Source of the DNA: Bacteroidota bacterium
GTDB lineage: Bacteria > Bacteroidota > Bacteroidia > 2-12-FULL-35-15
NCBI GenBank assembly: GCA_021323165.1
Contig: JAJTCJ010000034.1
Span: 20,577-84,576 of the forward strand
Length of the DNA stretch: 64,000 nucleotides
Direction: 5' to 3'
The translations under genes and the position numbers were made by a program. Below the pieces are notes generated by a model. The model made no database searches. It was given only the letters and a program-made list of their open reading frames with translations, and was not told the origin of the DNA. Shown here piece after piece: positions 11,001 through 19,200 of this stretch (the stretch's first letter is position 1; every line of letters starts with the position of its first letter).

Positions 11001-13071
11001 ATCAGCATCTGATGCTATGACTTTAATAATTAATCCGATTCCGGTAGTGAATGCAGGGCAGGATATGACTATCTGTTCAGGTAATGTTTTCTCTCTCAAC
11101 GGTTCTATTGGCGGAGGTGCTTCATCAGCGATGTGGTCATCTGATGGCAGCGGTTCGTTTGATAATACTTCTGCAATGAATGCAAATTATACACCTTCAG
11201 CTAATGATCTAACTAACGGATCTGTACAATTTACTTTGCTTACAAATGACCCGGCAGGAGCATGTCCGTCTGTTAATGATATAGTAACACTTACAATTAA
11301 TCCTGCAGCCAATATTAATGTGGGAGCTGATGCAACAATATGTGCGGGAACTGAGTTTGCTGTTTCGGGTACAGTTGGAGGAGGAGCAGGGTCTTTTGTA
11401 TGGTCATCAAATGGAAGCGGTTCATTCGATAACATAAATTCAGTTAATGCAATATATACTCCTTCTGCTTCTGATGTGGCTGCAGGAAATATTATACTTA
11501 CTGCAACCACAAACGATCCTTCGGGACCATGTGCTTCAGTAATTGATGAGATGACCTTAACGATCACTCCACGCGACAATCCTGCTTTCTCATACACAAG
11601 CAGTACTTTCTGCGAAACCGGAAGTGACCCGACACCGGTTGTTACGGGAACTGCTGGCGGTGTTTTCAGCAGTCCTCAGTCTTCTTTAAATTTAAATGCT
11701 TCAACAGGTACGATTGATCTTTCAGCAAGCGCATTAGGATCTTACACCGTTTATTATACAACAGCCGGTTCTTGTCCTGATTCAGGTTTTGTAACAGTAA
11801 ATATTTCTAACGGACTGTCAGCAGCATTCAATTATACTTCAGCATCCTATTGCAGCAATGAAAATGATCCTTTACCGGTTTTAACCCAGGGCGCAAACAG
11901 CGGAGCCTTTAGTTCAACTACAGGTTTGGTGATCGATCCTGTTTCAGGCCGCATCAACCTTGCGGCAAGCACTCCGGGAACATACACAGTTACAAATTCA
12001 GTAGCTGCTAGTGGAGGCTGTGCACAAACATCATCTACCAGTGTGATCACAATAAACCAGCAGGATAATGCTGCCTTTAGTTATGCAGCTTCATCATTCT
12101 GTCATTCGTCAACAAATCAATTGCCTACTGTTACAGGAGTTCAGGGAGGTGCGTTCTCTTGCAACACAAGTGGTGTGGTTTTAAGTTCAGCAGGCGAAAT
12201 AAATATATCTGCAAGTGTTCCCGGAAATTATCCGGTAACATATACTACCAATGGTATTTGTCCTAATTCTTCAATAGTGAATGTCACAATAAATTCATTG
12301 CCTATAGTAGAAGCTGGTGATGAACGTCTGATCGATTGCGGTGCAAATCCTATCAATATAGAGGTTGTGGACTCGATGGGAAATGTAGTGAACTATTCAT
12401 GGAACACGAATGGAGGAAATATTTTATCCGGTGACGGTACAAATGCGGCAAGTATAAATCAAACTGGTGTGTATTATGTTGTGGCAACAAACACTTTTGG
12501 TTGCACCGCTTGTGATACTGTAATTGTGAATGAGAGTCCTGTTGTGCCTGAGGCATCTTTTGTTGCTTCACCAGGTGAGTTAACAGGTGTGGTTCCTTTT
12601 GAATTGAACTTCAGTAATACAAGTCAGAATGCTAACACTTACAACTGGAATTTTGGTGATCAAAATGGAACAACTGTAGAAAATCCAAATTATACTTTTA
12701 CTACAGCAGGAACATATACTGTCACACTTGTTGCTTCTAACAATGGAAGATGTGCAGATACAACGGATGTGATCGTTAAAGTGGAAGATGAGTTTATGAT
12801 CCCGGATGGATTTTCTCCTAACGGTGATGGCGTAAATGATGTATTTGTAATCAGGGGAATTGACAGATTCAAAGGAAATAAGTTCGTAGTATTCAATCGC
12901 TGGGGTAATCAGGTGCATGAAGCGGCACCTTATACAAACCAATGGGATGGCAGCACAAACCAGGATATACAATTAGGAGGAAACGAATTACCTGTAGGAA
13001 CTTATTTCTACGTGCTTGATTTGGGTGACGGATCCAAACCTTATAAAGGTTATATATATCTGAACAAATAA
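5035..13071 (+). CDS. Giant cell-surface repeat protein (adhesin-like) with a PKD domain and T9SS type-B (gliding-motility / CHU_C) C-terminal sorting domain
   Basis: Signal peptide MKKITLIILKIFIVSSVYAQ. It carries 17 copies of a ~83-aa module and 7 copies of a ~89-aa module, plus a PKD-like domain (YNWNFGDQNGTTVENPNYTFTTAGTYTVTLVASN). The last ~90 aa (FMIPDGFSPNGDGVNDVFVIRGI..FNRWGNQV..WDG..LPVGTYFYVL..KGYIYLNK) are the type-B sorting-domain signature. Confidence 0.85.
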   Translation: MKKITLIILKIFIVSSVYAQCTAPSFNVNLSAASDTSWILSGTSRAGLCCGSSNCVRFNVTLNSNTDLVNFTVSNPSPSGSAFYQINCGPPISIGTPFCVAGLTSPFTITYCKPGGDRPDFKIIAGSIGKASDDITIRNTGCTDTLFVSNINPATVTWTSIYPGVQGAYNNYLSCTSGCTSTLVTSISQTPPPYIDFQVSGAPNTLSCGTTCKDTVRVYFVNDMNVSISPPSAVTCAAPGTAITMTANPSGGLPPYTYSWSNGANTQSISTSVTGTYTVTVSDKTQCPVKTATKTLAPSPVATFTYTPGSYCKNVGYNPIPTFSGAGTPGTFTATPSGLVFVNANTGEINLAASAPNQYTVTNTVPAAGSCPGSSYSATVYILPVPYMVSPASASVCTGGTVNIPLIANFSSSYTWIANNNPNVSGESLTLQTSATLNNTLINNTGTVQYVTYTVTPTATIYGNCPGTPQIVTVTVNPLDNAGFYYASSTVCNTGTHPNPVITGVTNGSFSGSAGMTINGVNGQINLSSTAVGSYTVTYTTNATCPNSATFPITVTTGPSATFNYPSASYCQNSPNPLPVFPPGSSAGNFSSTSGLVFVSTITGEVNLMASTPGTYIIVNTIAPAGGCSATSATTTITINKYNSPAFNYAGSPYCQNGTNPSPVFTGGGVAGTFTSAAGLSINPATGIINLAASAPGTYTITNTISANGSCSAVSANATVTITALPVTTFSYTGSPYCQNSSNPLPTFSGGGTAGTFTASSLFLEVNPGTGMIDLAASTCDNYYVTNYIPAANGCPAVSTIVPVTITPLPIASFSYTASPYCQNAFDPTPVVSFGGTNGIYTGSPSGLTVEPNSGTLTLSSSTPGNYTVTNTVPAFNGCPAVIATAPVTISPLTPGTFSYPNTPYCKNAMNPLPVFTGGSAAGIFSAPAGLVINSATGEIDLAASTAGTYTVTNTTAPSNGCAGAAYTSTITITPLPVATFSYAGSPYCQNAGTASPAFIGGGAAGVFTSSAGLIINSSTGVIDLASSTAGTYTVTNTIAAANGCPAVTATVNITITTLPVATFSYTGSPYCQNAGTASPALTAGASAGIFSSASGLSINASTGEINLSASTVGTYTVTNTIVAANGCPAVTATASITITPLPTASFNYTGTPYCQNSGTASPTFIGGGYAGIFSSTAGLFINSSTGLVDFTASTAGTYTVTNTIAAANGCPAVTATAPVTITPLPVATFSYTGTPYCQNAGVASPTFTEGSYTGTFSSSTGLSINASTGEVDLSSSAAGTYTVTNTIAAANGCPDVTSTASITVTPLPVATFNYTGSPYCQNAGSASPVFIGGGYAGTFSSTSGLTIDPVTGVVDLALSTAGTYTVTNTIDASNGCPAVFSTTNITITTLPVASFVYTDSPYCQNQANPIPTFTGGGQAGAFSSTSGLSINSVAGTIDLEASTAGTYMVTNTIDASNGCPSVSASTSITITPLPVASFSYSDLFFCQDGSDPLPTLAVGATAGTFSSTNGLSINSSTGRVDLLASTIGTYIITNTIDASNGCPEVAENVSLTINPIAIADAGPDAAICEGNSYALSGTIGGGATSLIWTSNGTGSFDDNTSASATYTPSTADITAGNVVLRLTTNDPAGPCAETWNAMVLTIEPAAIANASSDAVICSGTSYSLTGNIGGGASSLTWTTSGSGTFDNASSSSAVYTPSSNDIAAGIVTLTLTTNDPAGVCPAVSDEMALTINPDAMANAGQDSSICEGSSFALSGVIGGGASSLTWTSSGNGTFDDVNSASAVYTPSASDITNGSVILTITTNDPAGPCNAASDNMTLIIEPAAIADAASDAVICSGSVYTLSGNINGGASSLSWTSNGSGSFDNNASANAVYTPSSADIASGNITLTLTTNDPAGFCSAVSDDMILTINPDATVYAGVDTSICSGNSYKLSGSVGGGASGLIWTSNGSGTFDDNTLASATYFPSPADISAGSVILTVTTNDPAGPCISASDAMTLIINPIPVVNAGQDMTICSGNVFSLNGSIGGGASSAMWSSDGSGSFDNTSAMNANYTPSANDLTNGSVQFTLLTNDPAGACPSVNDIVTLTINPAANINVGADATICAGTEFAVSGTVGGGAGSFVWSSNGSGSFDNINSVNAIYTPSASDVAAGNIILTATTNDPSGPCASVIDEMTLTITPRDNPAFSYTSSTFCETGSDPTPVVTGTAGGVFSSPQSSLNLNASTGTIDLSASALGSYTVYYTTAGSCPDSGFVTVNISNGLSAAFNYTSASYCSNENDPLPVLTQGANSGAFSSTTGLVIDPVSGRINLAASTPGTYTVTNSVAASGGCAQTSSTSVITINQQDNAAFSYAASSFCHSSTNQLPTVTGVQGGAFSCNTSGVVLSSAGEINISASVPGNYPVTYTTNGICPNSSIVNVTINSLPIVEAGDERLIDCGANPINIEVVDSMGNVVNYSWNTNGGNILSGDGTNAASINQTGVYYVVATNTFGCTACDTVIVNESPVVPEASFVASPGELTGVVPFELNFSNTSQNANTYNWNFGDQNGTTVENPNYTFTTAGTYTVTLVASNNGRCADTTDVIVKVEDEFMIPDGFSPNGDGVNDVFVIRGIDRFKGNKFVVFNRWGNQVHEAAPYTNQWDGSTNQDIQLGGNELPVGTYFYVLDLGDGSKPYKGYIYLNK
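6473..9706 (+). repeat. 13 consecutive ~83-aa coding modules (F.Y...YC.N...P.P.F.GG..G.F....L.I...G.I.L..S..G.Y.VTN.....GC)
   Basis: Read from the translation. Further copies lie at about 5923-6190 and 11578-12300. Central units (about 7960-9200) share long nucleotide stretches. Confidence 0.85.
9707..11577 (+). repeat. 7 consecutive ~89-aa coding modules (I..AG.D..IC.G..Y.L.G..GGGASS..W.S.G.G.FD.....A.YTPS..D...G.V.L.L.TNDPAG.C)
   Basis: Read from the translation of the 5035-13071 ORF. Confidence 0.85.
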
Positions 13072-13105
13072 TGTTGAAAATGTGAAGTAATTAAAAAAGG
13101 GAAAG

Positions 13106-14038
13106 ATGAAAAATTTGTACGAAAAATTATTGGTGACAGGGTTGATGATAGGAAGTGCCAATGTATATGCACAACAGGATGCAATGTACACTCACTATAT
13201 GTATAATACATTAACTATAAATCCGGCTTATGCGGGAAGCAGAGATGCTTTAACAGCGAATTTACTGCATCGGTCACAATGGGTGGGTTTTGAAGGGGCA
13301 CCGACAAGCCAAACGTTTACTTTGCATACTGCATTAAATAACAGAAAAATAGGTTTGGGTATTTCAGCTGTGAATGATAAAACAGGACCTGTCAAAAACA
13401 TGGGTGTGAATGCGGATTTCGCTTATATCCTTAAGCTTAATGAAACTTCGAAACTCGCCTTCGGACTTAAAGGCGGGATCGATTATATGGAAATCCCATT
13501 AAATTCTCTTATGCTTGACGATCAGAATGATCCATCCTTTCAAAATAATATTAACCGGACTGTGCTTCCTAATTTCGGATTCGGTATGTATTTTCAGTCT
13601 TCACGGTTTTATACCGGAATCTCATGTCCCCGTTTGTTAGAGAATAATTTCAGAACAAAGGAAATAAACTTCAGCACCAGTCCGGTACAGCAGGTAAGAC
13701 ATTACTATTTTATTGCCGGTGGTTTAATAAGATTAAATGATAATGTAGATCTTAAACCAACAACCTTTGTTAAGGTCACAACTGCAGCTCCTGTTCAGGC
13801 AGATCTTACATCATCATTCATAATAAATAAAAAATTCAGAATTGGTGCGATGTTCAGAACAGGAGATGCTCTTGGAGTATTAGCCGGATATTATATTAAC
13901 GATAATTTCCAGGTTGGTTATTCCTTTGACTGGTCTTACGGTTTAGAAACTCTGAAATACAATTACGGAAGTCATGAGATCATGCTAAGTTATGAGCTTC
14001 CTAAAAAATACAGAAGATCAACTGTTCGCTTTTTATAA
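13106..14038 (+). CDS. PorP/SprF-family type IX secretion system membrane protein
   Basis: Starts 34 nt after the adhesin stop. Signal peptide followed by QQDAMYTHYMYNTLTINPAYAGS..HRSQWVGFEGAP, the N-terminal signature of the PorP/SprF family. Such genes typically sit next to type-B CTD cargo. Confidence 0.85.
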   Translation: MKNLYEKLLVTGLMIGSANVYAQQDAMYTHYMYNTLTINPAYAGSRDALTANLLHRSQWVGFEGAPTSQTFTLHTALNNRKIGLGISAVNDKTGPVKNMGVNADFAYILKLNETSKLAFGLKGGIDYMEIPLNSLMLDDQNDPSFQNNINRTVLPNFGFGMYFQSSRFYTGISCPRLLENNFRTKEINFSTSPVQQVRHYYFIAGGLIRLNDNVDLKPTTFVKVTTAAPVQADLTSSFIINKKFRIGAMFRTGDALGVLAGYYINDNFQVGYSFDWSYGLETLKYNYGSHEIMLSYELPKKYRRSTVRFL

Positions 14039-14054
14039 TGAAATGTATAATCAT

Positions 14055-14095
14055 AAAAAATCCGGAATACTGAAAAGCATTCCGGATTTTTGTTT
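14055..14095. terminator. Bidirectional intrinsic terminator between convergent genes
   Basis: AAAAAATCCGGAAT-loop-ATTCCGGATTTTTGTTTTT: a perfect 9-bp stem flanked by an A-run and a T-run. Confidence 0.7.
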
Positions 14096-14105
14096 TTGAA
14101 AATGA

Positions 14106-15371
14106 TTATTCGTCTTTATAATTACCGAATCGAATTACAAATCCGATATAAGGAATCCCTATATACCATCCTTTTTCAATGAGTGCAGGAGTGTTAATAA
14201 AACCCGCATCCAGGGTTGATCGTTCACCCATAAAACGGAAAGCGTAAGAAAAGAAAGTTTCATAGTGCGAGCTTGAATTTAAGCCTCTGCCAAACGGATC
14301 ACCCTGAATGTTAACGATCCAGTTCTCGGTTACGAACGCATGTTTCTTACCTAACCTGGCCATACCATTCACGACATACATTGGTTTTTTCTGTTGTACT
14401 ACTTTACCGTTCTCGTTAAGAAAACCGTAACCTGAACCAAAGGTTATATTATGGTCATAATTACCAATTGTAACCACACCGAATCCTAAACCAACTCCGG
14501 TGCTGTTTCCATTTATAGGAAACAAAGCGTTACCGACAATTGCACCACCGGCAATATTAACATATTCACCCAGTTTAACACCTGCTTTAATATTCATATA
14601 AGCAGCGAAGGGTCCCATTAAACCACCACCAATTGTTATGTTATCAGTGATACCATAATTCACCGCGTTCCCTGCTCCGTAAATGTTCTGATAATATCCT
14701 TCCCCTTTTTTCAATTGAAAAGCAGAAGGAGCAAAAAGATAACGGGTACTGTTCGGATTCTTGAACCAGATCGTACCGGTTTCAGAAACGGTCGCATCTT
14801 TAAATTCACGTTCGTTTTTGATATTGCCGGGAGATAAGCTGATTACCCCGAGTTCGGCTGTCTGTATAACAACGGCTTCTCTGGAACGGTTAATAATTTT
14901 TCCGGTTATGATGGAGCCGTCTTTTAAAGTAAACACATTAACATCATTACCATATTCGGAATTCAGAGTTTTGATCCTATTCTTACTTATGGTTTTTTCA
15001 CCGAAATTATTATCCAGGAATACGATCTCGGTTTTTGTTTCCTTTATGACTTTACCTTTCAGCTGGGTACCATCTATCATGGTGAGGATATAGCGTGGAG
15101 TAATGTCTATAGGTTTTTCAGTACCAGTTTGATCTGTACTAAATACATCAGTGGTTCCATTACTGTATTTTATCCTTAGAATATTTTCTCTATTGATTGT
15201 GTGAACAGGGCCGTTTGGAAGGTCAAAAAGATTATACCTGACCTCAGTCGGAGAAATTTCAAGGATCTTTGCGGGCACAGACTCATTATTTTTCTTAAAA
15301 ATGGTGTCTTGTGCAAATAATACCGGACCGGATATTACCAGTGATATTATTATTAAAATCAGTGTTTTCAT
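14106..15371 (-). CDS. Hypothetical secreted / outer-membrane protein
   Basis: 421-aa ORF with signal peptide MKTLILIIISLVISGPVLFAQ and a Gly-rich C-terminal half ending in an aromatic-rich beta-like segment. I did not recognise a family. Confidence 0.4.
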   Translation of the reverse strand: MKTLILIIISLVISGPVLFAQDTIFKKNNESVPAKILEISPTEVRYNLFDLPNGPVHTINRENILRIKYSNGTTDVFSTDQTGTEKPIDITPRYILTMIDGTQLKGKVIKETKTEIVFLDNNFGEKTISKNRIKTLNSEYGNDVNVFTLKDGSIITGKIINRSREAVVIQTAELGVISLSPGNIKNEREFKDATVSETGTIWFKNPNSTRYLFAPSAFQLKKGEGYYQNIYGAGNAVNYGITDNITIGGGLMGPFAAYMNIKAGVKLGEYVNIAGGAIVGNALFPINGNSTGVGLGFGVVTIGNYDHNITFGSGYGFLNENGKVVQQKKPMYVVNGMARLGKKHAFVTENWIVNIQGDPFGRGLNSSSHYETFFSYAFRFMGERSTLDAGFINTPALIEKGWYIGIPYIGFVIRFGNYKDE

Positions 15372-15678
15372 TTTATTTAGGTTTTAGATTTTAATTCGTT
15401 TTTATAGGCTTTACAGCTTCATATAACAAAATTACATCCTTTGGAACCCTTACTAAAACGGACTTTCAGCCCAGAGCCTTACGGAAAATGATTAAATGCA
15501 AACAAGGCGTATAAGCGTGAGAGACAAGTGAGGAACTTGCGATTTTTGCAAATGGGGAGTAATGATTATTAAAATCTGCAACAAGTAATACCTGGTAATT
15601 TTGAAAACTGCAATAGAATTTTTTAGGTTAAAAAAGTGGAGCGATAGGGAATAGGTTGTATTTCATCGCCAGGAAGCC

Positions 15679-15686
15679 TATATTTG
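15679..15686 (+). promoter_or_regulatory. Bacteroidota -7 promoter box TATATTTG (consensus TAnnTTTG)
   Basis: Exact match to TAnnTTTG, 24 nt upstream of ATG 15710. It lies inside the ORF-track 5' extension, which argues for the shorter gene. Confidence 0.45.
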
Positions 15687-15709
15687 GACACATTTTTAAA
15701 AATCGAACA

Positions 15710-16126
15710 ATGGCTGAAGACAGAATAAACTCAAGTAAAGCACCCGAGCCGGTTGGCGCGTATCCTCATGCTCGTAAAGTGGGGAATTTATTATTCCTTT
15801 CAGGTGTTGGTCCTCGTGAACGTGGGACAAAAAAGATCCCGGGAGTGGAACTTGATGAAAAAGGAAATATTGTTTCTTATGATATAGAAACACAATGTAA
15901 AAGTGTGTTCCAGAATATTAAATGCATTCTTGAGGATGCCGGAAGCAGCTGGGATAATATTGTGGATGTGCAGGTTTTCCTGACAAACATGAAAGATGAT
16001 TTTGCAATTTATAACCGCGTTTATGCTGAATGGTTCAAGGATAATCAGCCATGCAGAACAACAATAGAAATTAATTGTTTGCCGACTCCAATTGCGATTG
16101 AATTAAAAGTGATCGCTACGATATAA
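15710..16126 (+). CDS. RidA/YjgF/L-PSP-family protein
   Basis: MAEDRINSSKAPEPVGAYPHARKVGNLLFLSGVGP.. and a C-terminal ..RTTIEINCLPTPIAIELKVIA are typical of the RidA family. Start chosen at ATG 15710 rather than TTG 15656. Confidence 0.8.
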   Translation: MAEDRINSSKAPEPVGAYPHARKVGNLLFLSGVGPRERGTKKIPGVELDEKGNIVSYDIETQCKSVFQNIKCILEDAGSSWDNIVDVQVFLTNMKDDFAIYNRVYAEWFKDNQPCRTTIEINCLPTPIAIELKVIATI

Positions 16127-16161
16127 GAGAAACAGAATTTTTTTCGAAACTCAATTTTATC

Positions 16162-16188
16162 AGCCCGTTCACATGAACGGGCTTTTTT
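16162..16188 (+). terminator. Intrinsic terminator after the RidA-family gene
   Basis: AGCCCGTTC-ACAT-GAACGGGCT followed by TTTTTT. Confidence 0.75.
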
Positions 16189-16232
16189 GCTTTATAAGCC
16201 TTTAAGCAATAGGTTTTTAACATTCAAAATAG

Positions 16233-16240
16233 TATCTTTG
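16233..16240 (+). promoter_or_regulatory. -7 promoter box TATCTTTG upstream of ileS
   Basis: Exact TAnnTTTG match, 24 nt upstream of ATG 16264. Confidence 0.45.
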
Positions 16241-16263
16241 CGCCTCTTTTTAACATCGTATTT

Positions 16264-19200
16264 ATGAGCATAAAATATAAAGAATATAAAGGACTGAATC
16301 TTTCGCAAACTGCTAAGGATATGCAGCTGATATGGGATAAGAATAATACTTTCGAAAAATCAATCACATCCCGTGATGGAAAAGAACCTTTCGTTTTTTA
16401 TGAAGGGCCGCCAAGTGCAAATGGATTACCCGGAATTCACCACGTTATGGCACGTTCCATCAAAGATATTTTCTGTCGTTATAAAACACAAAAAGGCTTC
16501 CAGGTTAAACGTAAAGCAGGTTGGGATACGCATGGTTTGCCAATCGAATTAAGTGTGGAGAAAACTCTTGGGATCACAAAAGAAGATATCGGTAAGAAGA
16601 TCACCGTTGAGCAGTACAATGTAGAGTGCCGTAAGGATGTAATGAAATATACGGATGTGTGGGCTGATGTTACTGCAAAAATGGGTTACTGGGTTGATAT
16701 GGATAATCCATATATCACATACGAAAATAAATACATTGAAAGTGTTTGGTGGCTGCTGAATAATCTTTATTCTAAAGGCGCTATCTACAAAGGGTTTACA
16801 ATTCAGCCATATTCACCTGCTGCCGGAACCGGTTTATCTACACATGAATTGAACCAGCCCGGATGTTATCGTGATGTGAAAGACAGAACGGCTGTTGCCA
16901 TGTTCAAAGTAAGACAGGACATCAGTAATTTTTCTTTTGGTGAATGCGGAACTGATATTTATTTCTTAGCATGGACGACCACTCCATGGACATTGCCTTC
17001 AAACACTGCGCTGGCTGTAGGAAAGAATATTGATTATGTTCTTGTAAAAACATTTTCACCGTTTACTTTTCTTCCGGTGAGTGTGATCCTGGCGAAAGAA
17101 CTCGTTGGAAAACATTTCAGCGACAAGAATAAAGAACTGAAATTATCAGATTACAAAGAAGGTGATAAAGCTATTCCGTTCGAGATCATCAATGAGTTTA
17201 AAGGAGCTCAGCTAGCAGGTGTCAGATACGATCAGCTGTTGAATTTCGCACAACCAACTGATGGTGATGCATTCCGTGTTATTACTGGTGATTTCGTTAC
17301 TACTGAAGATGGCACAGGTATCGTACACATTGCTCCAAGCTTTGGTGCAGACGATTTTCGCGTTGCAAAACAAAATGGAATTGGTTCCCTAACATTGGTT
17401 GATAAGCGCGGTAAGTTTGTTCCGGAAGTTAAAGACGAGACTTTCCTTTACGGAGAAGAATATGTGAAGGAAGCATATCTAACGGATGAAGAAAAAGAAA
17501 CTGAATTCAAGCATCAGAAAAAAGTTTTGGAATCTGCAGGAAAGATCAAGGAGCTGAAAGCTTACTTAAGTGTTGATGAACGCATTGTTCTGAAGCTTCA
17601 GGAAGAAGGAAAATTATTCAAGAAAGAAACATACGAACACAGTTACCCGCATTGCTGGAGAACTGATAAGCCGGTATTATATTATCCTTTGGATTCATGG
17701 TTCATTAAAACCACTGATTTCAAAGACAGAATGATCGACCTTAATAAAACGATCAACTGGAAACCGGAATCAACAGGAACAGGCCGTTTTGGTAACTGGC
17801 TGGAGAATCTGAACGACTGGAATCTTTCAAGATCACGTTTCTGGGGTATTCCTATTCCTATCTGGACAAGCGAAGACCGCACAGAACAGATCTGTATCGG
17901 TTCAGTTGAACAACTGAAAACAGAAATTGAAAATGCAGTCTGGAAAGGCGCTATGGAATCAAATCCACTTACGAAGTTTCAGCCGGGAGATAACAGCAAA
18001 GAAAATTATGACACATTCGATCTGCACAAACCTTATGCAGATAATATCGTTCTTGAACGCAACGGCAAAAAACTTTTCCGTGAGCCGGATCTGATCGATG
18101 TATGGTTCGATTCAGGTGCAATGCCTTATGCGCAGCTGCATTATCCTTTTGAGAACAAAGAGCTGATCGATAAGAAAAAATATTATCCTGCCGACTTTAT
18201 CGCGGAAGGAGTTGATCAGACACGCGGATGGTTCTTCACGCTGCATGCAATTGCAACAATGTGTTTTGATTCGGTTGCATTTAAAAACGTTGTTTCGAAC
18301 GGATTGGTGCTTGATAAAAACGGACAAAAAATGAGCAAGCGTTTAGGGAACGCTGTCGATCCTTTTAAAACAATTGAACAGTACGGCCCTGATGCAACCC
18401 GCTGGTACATGATCACGAACGCTGCACCATGGGATAATTTGAAATTTGATATCGAAGGCATCGCTGAAGTGCAGCGAAAGTTCTTCGGCACGCTTCATAA
18501 TACTTATTCGTTCTTTGCTCTTTATGCAAACGTGGATAATTTTAATTATACGGAAGCTGAAGTTCCTTTGAATGAGCGCCAGGAAATTGATCGTTGGATC
18601 TTATCAGAGTTAAATTCATTAATCAAAAAAGTGGATGAAGCATATAATGATTATGAACCTCACCGCGCTGGTAGATATATTGAATCATTCGTTGATGAGC
18701 ATCTGAGTAACTGGTATGTTCGACTTTGCAGAAGACGTTTCTGGAAAGGTGATTATTCAACAGATAAGATTGCTGCATATCAGACTCTTTATCGTTGTCT
18801 TGAAGTAATTGCCCAACTTTCTGCTCCGATAGCCCCATTCTTCATGGATCGCTTGTTTTCCGATCTTAATGATGCAACAGGTCACCACAAACAAAGTTCA
18901 GTGCATCTGAGCAATTTTCCTGTTGCTGATACAAAGGTGATCGATAAGGATCTGGAAGAACGCATGGAGCTCGCTCAGAAGATTTCTTCAATGGTATTGT
19001 CAATTCGTAAAAAAGAAAACATCCGTGTTCGTCAGCCGCTGAATAAGATCCAGATCCCCGTTCTCGATGATTCTTACAAATCCAAGATAGAAGCAGTGAA
19101 AGATCTGATCATGTCGGAAGTGAATGTGAAAACATTGGAGTTGGTAGATGAGTCTCAAACTCAGATAGTAAAAAATCTTAAGCTGAATTTCAAAACTCTC

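Noticed and set aside
7128-12972. About a dozen minus-strand or out-of-frame ORFs (61-256 aa) listed inside the giant adhesin gene.
   Set aside because: They lie entirely within a strongly supported 8-kb coding frame, and their sequences are low-complexity mirror images of the Thr/Ser/Gly/Ala-rich repeats. I see no promoter boxes, signal peptides or recognisable motifs, so I treat them as by-products of repeat composition.
15656-15709. ORF-track 5' extensions of several genes. These are 15656 (RidA-family), 21875 (VOC), 29471 (kinase), 37804 (PKD protein), 44721, 45364 (GNAT), 53051 (GloVer protein) and 60062 (acyl-CoA dehydrogenase).
   Set aside because: In each case the extension contains a TAnnTTTG -7 box or the upstream gene's terminator hairpin. 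It may also start at a non-ATG codon and precede an internal ATG that yields a clean signal peptide or a canonical family N-terminus. I preferred the shorter starts.
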